Shown piece by piece: positions 19,417 through 28,963 of a DNA stretch of 64,000 nucleotides. The notes under the pieces were generated by a model. It was not told the origin of the DNA, ran no database searches, and saw only the letters and a program-made list of their open reading frames with translations. Source of the DNA: an uncultured Bacteroidales bacterium (GTDB taxonomy: Bacteria; Bacteroidota; Bacteroidia; Bacteroidales; UBA12077); the NCBI GenBank assembly GCA_964585385.1, contig CAZPDP010000001.1, positions 123,839 to 187,838 of the forward strand, given 5' to 3'. A program made the position numbers and the translations under genes. Position 1 is the stretch's first letter, and the number at the start of each line of letters is the position of its first letter.

Positions 19417-19517
19417 AATTTTTTTAAGTATTGAAAAACTATGAAGGAACAAGAAAGTGAAATATCTTATTCATTTTCCGGAACTTCATTCAATTGAGAA
19501 AGTAAAAATTTAAAAAA

Positions 19518-20717
19518 ATGAGAATTATTTTATTATTCATAGTCTTTCTATCGCTTATTTTTCCCTGTAAGGTTTATAGTCAGTTTGATAATGATAAGCA
19601 AAGTGTCACATTAAACGGTTATGTAAAATATATGAATACGGTAATGGATCCACCGGATTATATGCTAACTTATATTGGAATGCCAGATGATGCATGGATA
19701 AATGAGAGTATGTTCCATAACAGGTTAAACTTTAGGTGGTATGCTTCCAATTCATTTACAGCAGCTATGGAAGTCCGTAACAGGCTTATATACGGTGATT
19801 TTGTGGAGAGTTTCCCTGGTTATAAAGACCTTATAGAACAGGATAGGGGCTATTTTGACGGACTGACGAATAATATTATTGATGAAGATGCTTATTTACT
19901 GAATACATCCATTGACCGTTTGTGGGTAAATTACAGGAAGGGCAATTTTGAAGCCAGGATTGGCCGCCAGCGCATTAACTGGGGTCAGGCTTATGTCTGG
20001 AATCCTAATGATATCTTTAATGCTTATTCATTTTTTGATTTTGATTACGAAGAAAGACCTGGAAGCGATGCTATTCGATTACAATATTTCCCATCTTTTA
20101 CTTCTTCTGCAGAATTGGTAGTTAAAATGGATAGCGATGAAAAATTGACGGCTGCTGGTTACTATCGTTTTAATCAATGGGGTTATGATTTCCAGCTCAT
20201 TGGTGGAATGCTTAAGGAAGAAGACTATGTTGCAGGGCTGGGATGGTCTGGTAATATTAGTGATGCCGGTTTTAATGGAGAACTCACTTATCTGCATCCT
20301 TATGGCGATTTGGGACTAGATGAAGGGGTGCTCCTGTCCACAGTATCATCGAATTATATGTTTGATAATTCCTTGTTTGTTCAGGTTGAAGGATATTACA
20401 ACGGGTACTATAAACAAATGAATATCAACGCATTTTCTGATTTATATTACCAGTCCATGTCAGTCAAAACACTGTCATTTAGTGAATTTTCATGGTTTGG
20501 ACAGCTTTCTTATCCTGTACATCCATTGATAAATGCATCTGCAGCATTCATGTATTATCCCGATATTGAAGGGTACTTCTTTAATCCTTCTCTGAAGTAT
20601 TCTCTATCTGATAATACCGAGTTATCTGCTCATGCCCAGTTTTTTAACGGAAAATTCAGTGGAGATACTAAAGAAAAAATAAATTTCTTATTTTTCCGGT
20701 TTAAATGGAGTTTTTAA
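19518..20717 (+). CDS. Putative outer-membrane beta-barrel protein
   Basis: Signal peptide, alternating aromatic/polar beta-strand pattern and a C-terminal 'FRFKWSF' (terminal Phe, OMP-like). Last gene of the ABC cluster. Confidence 0.45.
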   Translation: MRIILLFIVFLSLIFPCKVYSQFDNDKQSVTLNGYVKYMNTVMDPPDYMLTYIGMPDDAWINESMFHNRLNFRWYASNSFTAAMEVRNRLIYGDFVESFPGYKDLIEQDRGYFDGLTNNIIDEDAYLLNTSIDRLWVNYRKGNFEARIGRQRINWGQAYVWNPNDIFNAYSFFDFDYEERPGSDAIRLQYFPSFTSSAELVVKMDSDEKLTAAGYYRFNQWGYDFQLIGGMLKEEDYVAGLGWSGNISDAGFNGELTYLHPYGDLGLDEGVLLSTVSSNYMFDNSLFVQVEGYYNGYYKQMNINAFSDLYYQSMSVKTLSFSEFSWFGQLSYPVHPLINASAAFMYYPDIEGYFFNPSLKYSLSDNTELSAHAQFFNGKFSGDTKEKINFLFFRFKWSF

Positions 20718-20720
20718 TTT

Positions 20721-22058
20721 ATGATGAATTGGGATCAATTGCTTTCAGCCAAAAGATTTGGACTTGAAGAAAGAGAAGTTACAAACACTGCGGATGCTCG
20801 TTCACAATTTCAGCGGGATTTTGACAGGGTAATCTTTTCCTCACCTTTCCGCCGGCTTCAGAACAAGACACAGGTATTTCCACTTCCTGGAAGTATTTTT
20901 GTTCATAACCGGCTTACTCATAGTTTAGAGGTTGCCAGTGTAGGAAGATCTATGGCAAACCTGATTGCATTGAGATTGCAAGATAATCAGGAGATTGAAA
21001 ATAAGGAAGTTTTGAATGAATTGGGTTCGATTGTCGCAGCTGCCTGTCTTTGCCATGATATGGGGAATCCTCCTTTCGGACATGCCGGTGAAGATGCGAT
21101 TTCGAAGTTTTTTAGAGAGGGTAGTGGAAAAGAACTAAAAGAAAAAGTAAAACCTGTTGAATGGCTGGATTTGGTGAATTTTGAAGGAAATGCGAATGCT
21201 TTGCGATTGCTGACACATCAATTTCATGGAAGGAGAAAAGGCGGATTTGCTCTGACATATACAACTTTAGCTTCCCTCATTAAATATCCTTTTGGATCTG
21301 AGGTAAATCCTGATAAAGCAAAATATGGATATTTCCAGTCTGAAAAAGATACTTTTCTAAAAATAGCCCATGAGCTGGGTCTTGAGAAGTTAAAGACAAA
21401 TCCTGACATATATGCCCGTCATCCTCTGGTATATTTGATTGAAGCTGCCGATGACATTTGTTATGAAATTATGGATATTGAAGATGCCCATAAACTCGGA
21501 ATTCTGGATACTGAGCAAACTTTTAAGCTGTTATTGAATTTCTTCTCTGAAAGTAATGATAATGAGTTTTTTAAATTAAAAGATGAAGTTTTTACAGAGG
21601 TAAAAGATACAAATGAAAGGGTCGCCTATCTTAGGGCATCTGTAATCAATAAACTGGTAAATGAGACTGTCTCCATTTTTCTTAATAATTATCAGAGCAT
21701 TATGTTGGGTAATTTCCAAAGTAACCTGATAGATAAGCTTTCCGGTATATCAGAAAAGGCTTTCCGGGTTTGTAAAAAACTGGCTATTGAAGACATTTAT
21801 AATCACCAGTCTGTGGTAAAAATTGAACTTACAGGCTATAATATCCTGGGAACTTTAATGGAGGAATACCTATACGCTGTTACTCATCCGGAATCAAAAT
21901 ATTCAAAGAAATTGCTGGCATTTCTGCCAATGCAATTCCGGGTAGATGATACAGCAAACCTCTATGAAAAAACAAGATCTGTCATTGACTTTGTATCCGG
22001 AATGACAGATCTGTATGCTGTTGATTTGTATAAAGATATAAAAGGGATCCGGATTTAA
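20721..22058 (+). CDS. dGTP triphosphohydrolase-like HD protein
   Basis: 'FQRDFDRVIFSSPFRRLQNKTQVF' and 'NRLTHSLEVASVGR...HDMGNPPFGH' are diagnostic for the dGTPase family. Confidence 0.85.
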   Translation: MMNWDQLLSAKRFGLEEREVTNTADARSQFQRDFDRVIFSSPFRRLQNKTQVFPLPGSIFVHNRLTHSLEVASVGRSMANLIALRLQDNQEIENKEVLNELGSIVAAACLCHDMGNPPFGHAGEDAISKFFREGSGKELKEKVKPVEWLDLVNFEGNANALRLLTHQFHGRRKGGFALTYTTLASLIKYPFGSEVNPDKAKYGYFQSEKDTFLKIAHELGLEKLKTNPDIYARHPLVYLIEAADDICYEIMDIEDAHKLGILDTEQTFKLLLNFFSESNDNEFFKLKDEVFTEVKDTNERVAYLRASVINKLVNETVSIFLNNYQSIMLGNFQSNLIDKLSGISEKAFRVCKKLAIEDIYNHQSVVKIELTGYNILGTLMEEYLYAVTHPESKYSKKLLAFLPMQFRVDDTANLYEKTRSVIDFVSGMTDLYAVDLYKDIKGIRI

Positions 22059-22063
22059 CCCGG

Positions 22064-23665
22064 CTATTTTTTCAGGATTTTTTGTTCATATTTCTCCCAG
22101 TTATTAAGAACTTCATTGGCTTTAATAAATGTTTTGTCATTTTTGTTGATTACCTGGAAGTATTCACTCATCTCCCATAAATCTCTTGCAATTAGGGCTT
22201 TTACATGAAGTTTCAGTTCCTCTTCTGATTCCTTAATATTTTTCTCTGAGGTTTCCAATCCTTCATTACCTGCATATTTTGCTAATTCTTTAATGATATT
22301 TTCCGTTACTTTAAAGCTTTGTTCATATACTTTAAATTCAGGATATTTTGACCTCAACTTTTCTCTGTTTTCATCGATATACTTTAATACAAAGGAGTTA
22401 AGAATGCCTCTTCTGACAAGGCTGTCGAAATAGTCTGTGTATCTTGTTGTGTCAATAGGGATGAAAATATCTGGTGTAATACCGCCGCCACCATAAACAG
22501 TCCTCTCTGTTTTACGTGTAAGATATTTTAATGAATCCGGGAAATTTATGCTATCCGCACTAATCATTTCTCCCGTATCGAATCGTTTCCACAATTCATT
22601 AGCGTACTCTTTTTTCCCATTATCATAAGGTTTTTGGATTACTCTGCCTGTGGGTGTATGATACCTGGCTATTGTCAGCCTTATCATTGAACCATCAGGT
22701 AATGAAACCGGACGTTGAACGAGTCCTTTACCAAAAGATCTCCTGCCTATAATAATGCCTCGATCCCAATCTTGCATGGCGCCTGCAACGATTTCGCTCG
22801 CAGAAGCTGAACCTTCATCTATAAGAATGACTACATTTTCAGTTTCAGTCACTCCTTTTTCTGTGGCATGATTGTTTTGTCTGTCCACATTTCGTCCTTC
22901 TGTATAAACAATTAATTTTTTGTCCTCCAGGAATTCATCAGCAAGTTCGATAGCCTGTTCAAGGTATCCACCTCCATTTCCTCTGAGATCGAGGATAAAT
23001 GAGTTTGCACCTTTTGATTTCAATTCCTTTGCAGCTTCAGTAAATTCATCATCGGTGGTCTGGGCAAAACGATTCAGTTTGATATAACCTGTGTTATCAT
23101 CTGCCATATAAGCTGCGTCCCGGCTATGGATTGGAATTTTATCCCTTGTGATTGTAAAGTCTAGCAGTTTATTCAGGCCTGGCCTTTTAACTTTAACGTT
23201 AACTTTTGTACCTTTTTCTCCCAATAATCTGTCTCGTACTCCATTTGTCGAAATTCCCGTTCCTGCCACATTTTCATCTTCTATTTCAACTATTCTGTCA
23301 CCGGCCCTGAGACCAACTTTTTCAGATGGTCCTCCAGGAATAGGAGAGATAACGTAAATGGTATCCTTGTAAATATTGAATTGAATTCCTATTCCTTCAA
23401 AATTACCTTGTAAAGGTTCGTTCATTTCTTTTACTTCTTCTTTAGTAAGGTAGGTAGTGTGAGGATCTAAGTCTTCAATTATTTCTTTAATGGCTTTTTC
23501 AACAAGTTTGGCTCGGTTTACAGAATCAATGTAGTAATTATCAATAAAGTGAAGCGCTTTGCCAAACTTATACATGTCTTCGTTGAATATCTGGGCTGAT
23601 GCTTTTAATGGCAGACCTAGTATTAGACCCAGAATTATTATGGAAAGTAGTTGCTTGATTCTCAT
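22064..23665 (-). CDS. S41 family C-terminal processing peptidase
   Basis: Start at the ATG at 23665 ('MRIKQLLSIIILGL' signal peptide). PDZ 'GLRAGDRIVEIEDENV' and catalytic region 'IDEGSASASEIVAGA...GRRSFGKG'. Confidence 0.85.
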   Translation of the reverse strand: MRIKQLLSIIILGLILGLPLKASAQIFNEDMYKFGKALHFIDNYYIDSVNRAKLVEKAIKEIIEDLDPHTTYLTKEEVKEMNEPLQGNFEGIGIQFNIYKDTIYVISPIPGGPSEKVGLRAGDRIVEIEDENVAGTGISTNGVRDRLLGEKGTKVNVKVKRPGLNKLLDFTITRDKIPIHSRDAAYMADDNTGYIKLNRFAQTTDDEFTEAAKELKSKGANSFILDLRGNGGGYLEQAIELADEFLEDKKLIVYTEGRNVDRQNNHATEKGVTETENVVILIDEGSASASEIVAGAMQDWDRGIIIGRRSFGKGLVQRPVSLPDGSMIRLTIARYHTPTGRVIQKPYDNGKKEYANELWKRFDTGEMISADSINFPDSLKYLTRKTERTVYGGGGITPDIFIPIDTTRYTDYFDSLVRRGILNSFVLKYIDENREKLRSKYPEFKVYEQSFKVTENIIKELAKYAGNEGLETSEKNIKESEEELKLHVKALIARDLWEMSEYFQVINKNDKTFIKANEVLNNWEKYEQKILKK

Positions 23666-23675
23666 AAAATAAATA

Positions 23676-24089
23676 TTAGTTGTTTCTTGATAGAAATTTA
23701 AACGGTATATTAATGATCTCACTGAAATCTTCACCATCTTCCAGAATTTGATCATCCAAATCATCATAATACCAGAAAATATTAATATTTAATCTTTGAT
23801 TAAAAAGCTTCTTAAAGTTGGAGATAATCTGGAATATGTATTTTGATGAGGATGAATTCATGTATTTAAAATCAAATGCAATGATAAAAGTTTCATTGAG
23901 CAGTTTGTTTTGGTCAAATTTTTCAAGCACCTCGTTTACATAGTTTTCAACCCAGCTGAGTAAGGGTTCATAAAATTCGTAAGAGTCTTCTGGTCTGGAT
24001 ACTCCTGAGAATTCAAATTTTTGTTTTGAAGGGTCCAGATCTACTTTTGGAGTATAGTTCGTTGGCTCCTTAAATATTTTTTCAGCCAT
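23676..24089 (-). CDS. SiaC-like / DUF1987 regulatory protein (copy 1)
   Basis: 137 aa. 'TPKVDLD...KFEFSGVSRPEDSYEFYEPLLSWV', 'FDFKYMNSSSSKYI' and an acidic 'WYYDDLDDQILEDGEDF' tail. Paralogous to 36257-37108. Confidence 0.6.
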   Translation of the reverse strand: MAEKIFKEPTNYTPKVDLDPSKQKFEFSGVSRPEDSYEFYEPLLSWVENYVNEVLEKFDQNKLLNETFIIAFDFKYMNSSSSKYIFQIISNFKKLFNQRLNINIFWYYDDLDDQILEDGEDFSEIINIPFKFLSRNN

Positions 24090-24100
24090 AGTTATTCCCT

Positions 24101-24619
24101 CTATTTTGATGAAATAGTGATTGCTATTGTGTAATAGTATACATTATCTTCTATATGTTCAATTGTATAGGAGATTTTATTTTTTGAGACTCTGGCCATT
24201 TTCATTATACCGAGACCGGCGCCCCTTTGATTGTCATAAATCCCCTCAGACATAGTATTTTTATATAGGTCTTTTAGTTCTTCGTATTCCAGTCTGTTTA
24301 TAAGTTCTATTTTGTTTTTAAGAGGTTTAATATCTCTTTTAAGTATTGGATTTCCTGACTCCAGGATATAATCTGAATTTTCCCTTCGCAAAATGAATTT
24401 CGGACTGGCATTTATTCCTTCAAGATCCTTCTCATTGAGGCTTTCTATGTATTTGTAATTGTTTTCAAGGATTTCAACCATTAGAGTCAGAATCTTCCTG
24501 AATAAAGCCTTGTTAATATTAAATTTTTCCCTCTTTTTACCAAATTCTTCAATGATCTCACCTGTAACTTCGTAGCTGAAATTGCCATAGTAACTTATTA
24601 TTTCTTGTTGGTGATCCAT
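24101..24619 (-). CDS. SiaB-like small GHKL-type protein kinase (putative)
   Basis: 172 aa. 'LMVEILENNYKY' (N-box-like) and 'RGAGLGIMKMAR' (G-box-like), 11 nt upstream of a DUF1987 gene. Confidence 0.45.
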   Translation of the reverse strand: MDHQQEIISYYGNFSYEVTGEIIEEFGKKREKFNINKALFRKILTLMVEILENNYKYIESLNEKDLEGINASPKFILRRENSDYILESGNPILKRDIKPLKNKIELINRLEYEELKDLYKNTMSEGIYDNQRGAGLGIMKMARVSKNKISYTIEHIEDNVYYYTIAITISSK

Positions 24620-24662
24620 TTAATTATTTAACTATTTTTTACAAATAAATGATATATTTTGT

Positions 24663-26192
24663 TTATTCCCATTCAATGGTCGAAGGTGGTTTTGAACTTA
24701 TATCATAGACTACCCGGTTGATTCCTTTTACTCTGTTAATTATTTTGCTCGATATTTCAGCAAGAAATTCATTGGGAAGATGAGCCCAATCTGCAGTCAT
24801 ACCATCGGTAGAGGTTACCGCTCTTAGAGCAGCCACATTTTCATAGGTCCTTTCATCACCCATAACCCCAACTGACTGTATTGGCAGAAGTATCGTGGCG
24901 GCCTGCCAGACTTTGTCGTAAAGGTTATGGTCAGTAAGACCCTGGATGAAAATATGATCGGCTTCCTGCAATAGTGAAATTTTTTCGGGTGTTACGTCGC
25001 CTAATATTCTTATACCCAGACCTGGTCCGGGGAAAGGATGACGAGATATCAACTCATTTTTAACACCAATACTGGCGCCTACTTTTCTGACTTCGTCTTT
25101 GAAAAGGAGTCGTAAAGGTTCAACAACTTTTAAATTCATCTCATCTGGCAAACCTCCCACATTGTGATGGGATTTTATTGTTACGGAGGGTCCGTTTACA
25201 GAGACAGATTCAATTACATCGGGATATATCGTACCTTGAGCCAACCATTTTATATCTTTGATTTTTTCAGCTTCTTGTTCAAATACCTCAATGAAATTCC
25301 GGCCGATAATTTTTCTCTTTTCTTCAGGATCCACCACACCTTTTAGATCGTTGTAAAATTTTTCTTTAGCATCAACACCTATGACATTCAATCCCATATC
25401 TTTATATGAATCCAGCACATTCTCAAATTCATTTTTTCTGAGAAGTCCATTATCAACAAAAATGCAGGTTAAGTTTTTTCCTATTGCCTGATGAAGCAAG
25501 GTTGCAGTAACTGAAGAATCAACTCCTCCTGACAACCCAAGAATTACTTTATCGTTACCTAATTTTTCTTTGAGTTCTTTAATGGTGCTTTCAGCAAAAA
25601 CCTGCGGGGTCCAGTCCTGTTTACATCCACAAATATTTACCACAAAATTTTTGAGAATCTGTTTACCTTCAACGGTATGATATACCTCCGGGTGAAATTG
25701 TATACCAAAGGTGGGTTCCTTTTCATTCCTGAATGCTCCTACCTCAACGTCCCGCGTACTCGCCCCGATGTGGTAATTTTCAGGAAGCTTGTCAATGCTG
25801 TCACCATGAGACATCCAAACTTGTGTATTATTCTGTACATTTTTCAGCAGTTCAAAATCTGGATCGATATAATCAAGATTCGCTCTTCCATACTCCCTTG
25901 TTTTAGAGTAAACTACATCACCACCATAATTTTTGGCAATGTATTGAGCGCCGTAGCAAATACCTAAAATTGGTACTTTCCCTTTTATTTTGTCCACATC
26001 TACAGCCGGAGCATTTTTATCTTTCACAGAAAAGGGGCTTCCTGAGAGGATAACACCTTTTATACTGGAATCTAAATTTGGTATTTTATTGAAAGGATAA
26101 ATTTCGCAATAAACATTTAATTCTCTCACTCTTCTAGCTATCAATTGTGTGTACTGAGAACCAAAATCTAAAATAACTATTCGATCCTGCAT
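24663..26192 (-). CDS. guaA: GMP synthase (glutamine-hydrolysing)
   Basis: 509 aa. GATase 'GICYGAQ', PP-loop 'LSGGVDSSV' and the canonical C-terminus 'KPPSTIEWE'. Confidence 0.95.
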   Translation of the reverse strand: MQDRIVILDFGSQYTQLIARRVRELNVYCEIYPFNKIPNLDSSIKGVILSGSPFSVKDKNAPAVDVDKIKGKVPILGICYGAQYIAKNYGGDVVYSKTREYGRANLDYIDPDFELLKNVQNNTQVWMSHGDSIDKLPENYHIGASTRDVEVGAFRNEKEPTFGIQFHPEVYHTVEGKQILKNFVVNICGCKQDWTPQVFAESTIKELKEKLGNDKVILGLSGGVDSSVTATLLHQAIGKNLTCIFVDNGLLRKNEFENVLDSYKDMGLNVIGVDAKEKFYNDLKGVVDPEEKRKIIGRNFIEVFEQEAEKIKDIKWLAQGTIYPDVIESVSVNGPSVTIKSHHNVGGLPDEMNLKVVEPLRLLFKDEVRKVGASIGVKNELISRHPFPGPGLGIRILGDVTPEKISLLQEADHIFIQGLTDHNLYDKVWQAATILLPIQSVGVMGDERTYENVAALRAVTSTDGMTADWAHLPNEFLAEISSKIINRVKGINRVVYDISSKPPSTIEWE

Positions 26193-26229
26193 ATTTAAAT
26201 TTATGGAAGTTAAATAATTTGAATTTGAG

Positions 26230-26263
26230 ACAAAAATAGGGAATTCTGACCGAATTCCCTATT
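26230..26263 (-). terminator. Rho-independent terminator after the C1 peptidase gene
   Basis: Perfect 12-bp stem AATAGGGAATTC / GAATTCCCTATT with a T-run on the minus strand. Confidence 0.65.
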
Positions 26264-26319
26264 TTAACGATAAGAAATAAGTTGTGTGTTAAGATGTTGG
26301 TATACAGCTTTTTGTTCAA

Positions 26320-27558
26320 TTAATTGAATTTTTTAAGAACATCTTTTACCGCATCTTTGTGAATGGTAATGTTCATCATTTTTAATTTAATATAATCTTC
26401 ATGGAAAAAATAATAGCCGAATTCCGGAGCATCGGGATCGTTATTTCTGGAACCCGAACTGGAATCTTTTATTAAATACCAGTCTTCCCCGTCCTTTTCA
26501 TAATATCCAACCAGGTGCATTCCATGATCATCCGTAGTTGATTTATTTGAGAACCTGAATTGCCTTGCATTTTCATCAATGTATTCCGAAGGGATGTCGT
26601 ATGAAGGAACCATGGCAGTTTGTGTTGACCTTACAAAACCTGATTCTGATACATCTCCGCCTATTCCCATTGTATAACCATTGCGAATTGCTTCTTTGAT
26701 AATGTCCATATACACATCCAGGGGAACATTATAGTAATCAGCATTGTTCCACCAATTATCAGGTACTTCGTATTCAACCTGTTTCCAGTATGGTTCTTGT
26801 TTGTATGATAAAACTGCTACAAAGTCATTTGGATTAAGTTTCAGATAGTCATTAAGATAGCTCTTCGGTGTATAAGTTTTTCCATCCACCTTAAACTGGG
26901 TAGGAGGTTCGCCAATGTGATGGTTTATAATGCTTTTAATGGTTGAAAGTACCTGTTCTTCATTCCATGCATTATTTTCTTTTACAGAATGAAGGTAGTT
27001 TTTCATTTCTTCGTACATTTTAGCATGAGTTGGATATTTTCTGCCATGCAACAAACCCGTATAAACACTGCGCGGAACAATTCCGTATTTTTTCATCATC
27101 CGGGTAACTGCATTTCCTTCAGAACCCTGCGTAAACCTTGAGTCACCTCTTTTTTCTACATATCTTCTTGCTTTTTCTATATATTCCCAGTAAACAATAT
27201 AAGGCTCAGAAAGCTTTACTTTCATATCATTCATTCTTTTTAATTCTGATTCAATAAATGAGAGCGTTGAATAACACCAACATGTGCCGGCATTACCTTG
27301 AGAAATAACCGGATTTGCCCATTCCCGGGTATAAAGCTTCACTTTATTAGGAATGTCCAATCCACTTTGATCCATTACGAATCGCTTATGGACCTCTTTT
27401 TCCTCAATTTTATCTTCTACTGCACGAACATCCTTTAGTATGGTGTTCCTGTAAAATCCCGGTTCATACTCTTTAAATATTGCCTTATCTTTATCTTGCC
27501 CAAAAGACAGTTGAATGAGCAAAACAAATAATACTGTTACAATTGAAAATCGTTTCAT
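26320..27558 (-). CDS. Papain-family (C1, aminopeptidase C / bleomycin-hydrolase-like) cysteine peptidase, secreted
   Basis: Signal peptide, an active-site Cys context 'QGNAGTCWCYS' and a C-terminal 'DHGMHLVGY' His motif. Confidence 0.8.
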   Translation of the reverse strand: MKRFSIVTVLFVLLIQLSFGQDKDKAIFKEYEPGFYRNTILKDVRAVEDKIEEKEVHKRFVMDQSGLDIPNKVKLYTREWANPVISQGNAGTCWCYSTLSFIESELKRMNDMKVKLSEPYIVYWEYIEKARRYVEKRGDSRFTQGSEGNAVTRMMKKYGIVPRSVYTGLLHGRKYPTHAKMYEEMKNYLHSVKENNAWNEEQVLSTIKSIINHHIGEPPTQFKVDGKTYTPKSYLNDYLKLNPNDFVAVLSYKQEPYWKQVEYEVPDNWWNNADYYNVPLDVYMDIIKEAIRNGYTMGIGGDVSESGFVRSTQTAMVPSYDIPSEYIDENARQFRFSNKSTTDDHGMHLVGYYEKDGEDWYLIKDSSSGSRNNDPDAPEFGYYFFHEDYIKLKMMNITIHKDAVKDVLKKFN

Positions 27559-27606
27559 AATTTTTTTTGTTTTGGTTAAAAATTCCAGGTAACTAATTTA
27601 CAGAAA

Positions 27607-28542
27607 TTATTTTCTGATTATCCTTTGAGGTTCAATTTTATAATGCAAACCATCTTCGGCAGGCAAAGTGTTTTCAAATACTGATTTAGCCTCCTCAATA
27701 AGGTCTTCAATTTCTTTATACCGAGCTGAATAATGGCCTATAATAAGATTTTTAACACCAGCTTTTTGGGCTATTGTTGCTGCTTGTCTGGCGGTTGAAT
27801 GCAACGTGTCAATAGCCTGGTCATGATGTTCATCCTTAAATGTAGCCTCATGATATAACAGATCCACATTTTTTATTATGGGAATAATTTCTTCATTGTA
27901 GGCGGTATCCGTACAGAAAGCGTAAGTTCTTGGTTGATAGGGTGGGAGAGTGAGGGTTTTATGAGAAAGGATTTTGCCGTCCTGAGTTTTATAGCTGCCT
28001 CCTTCTTTTATTTTATGGATATCTTTTACAGAAATATTGTATTTTTTTACATACTCTTTTTTAATGTTGGGTAGCCTGGGTTTTTCCCGAAACAGAAACC
28101 CTGATGTAGGTATTTTATGTTTGACAGGAAATGAGGATACTTCAACTCTCTCATCTTCAAATATTTTTTCCTTTTTTTCCTTATTAATTTCATGAAAATG
28201 AATCTTGAAGGTAAATTGTCCTTCATAGTTTCGGATAATGTACTTTATTCCTTTTCGTAGTTCTTTGTGTGCGTATATATGCAGGTCTTTGTCTCTGTCC
28301 AGCAGATTAAATGAAGAAAGAAGACCGAATAGTCCATAGAAATGATCCCCGTGGATATGACTAATAAAAATATGGTTTATCCGCCCGAATTTAACTTTAT
28401 TTTTACGGAGCTGCATTTGTGTTCCTTCACCACAATCAATCAAAAAAAACCGCTCATATACATTGAGTACATGAGCGGTTAAATTTCGTTTTGAAGTTGG
28501 TAAAGCAGAACTGCTTCCTAGTATTGTTAACTCAAACTTCAA
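27607..28542 (-). CDS. rnz: Ribonuclease Z
   Basis: Metallo-beta-lactamase 'HIHGDHF'. The N-terminus 'KFELTILGSSSALPT' is the usual RNase Z start, so I place the start at the TTG at 28542. The longer ATG form to 28647 would overlap the STAS gene. Confidence 0.85.
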   Translation of the reverse strand: MKFELTILGSSSALPTSKRNLTAHVLNVYERFFLIDCGEGTQMQLRKNKVKFGRINHIFISHIHGDHFYGLFGLLSSFNLLDRDKDLHIYAHKELRKGIKYIIRNYEGQFTFKIHFHEINKEKKEKIFEDERVEVSSFPVKHKIPTSGFLFREKPRLPNIKKEYVKKYNISVKDIHKIKEGGSYKTQDGKILSHKTLTLPPYQPRTYAFCTDTAYNEEIIPIIKNVDLLYHEATFKDEHHDQAIDTLHSTARQAATIAQKAGVKNLIIGHYSARYKEIEDLIEEAKSVFENTLPAEDGLHYKIEPQRIIRK

Positions 28543-28558
28543 AATTACTTTATTTACC

Positions 28559-28927
28559 TTATTTTTTTGACCTTTTATTCTCTTCTTCAACCTGAATGAT
28601 GTCCTCTGCTTCCCCGTTGGAATAGGCAATGTTGAGAACGGTGTCAAGTTGTGAGATAGTGATTAAACGGTCAACAGCGTCGTTTAAGCCTGTTAGCACA
28701 AACGTTCCGCTCGCATTTTTGCAAAGCCTGTTGGCCACCAGAATTGCACTCAAGCCTGATGAGTCACAGTATTTCACTTTACTTAGGTCCAGAATGATAT
28801 TTTTTTCTCCTTTCCCGGAAATCAATACCAATTCTGATTTTAAGCTTGGAGCGACATTGGTGTCTAACTTTTCAGCTAAAACCTGGATTAAAGTATAATT
28901 TTTTTGTTTTTCTATGTTAAATTCCAT
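28559..28927 (-). CDS. STAS-domain protein (anti-sigma-factor antagonist type)
   Basis: 122 aa. 'ILDLSKVKYCDSSGLSAIL' carries the phosphorylatable Ser context (DSSG) of SpoIIAA/RsbV-type proteins. Confidence 0.8.
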   Translation of the reverse strand: MEFNIEKQKNYTLIQVLAEKLDTNVAPSLKSELVLISGKGEKNIILDLSKVKYCDSSGLSAILVANRLCKNASGTFVLTGLNDAVDRLITISQLDTVLNIAYSNGEAEDIIQVEEENKRSKK

Positions 28928-28963
28928 CTTTTATCCTTAAAAGATTTTATTGTTGATGAAAAA

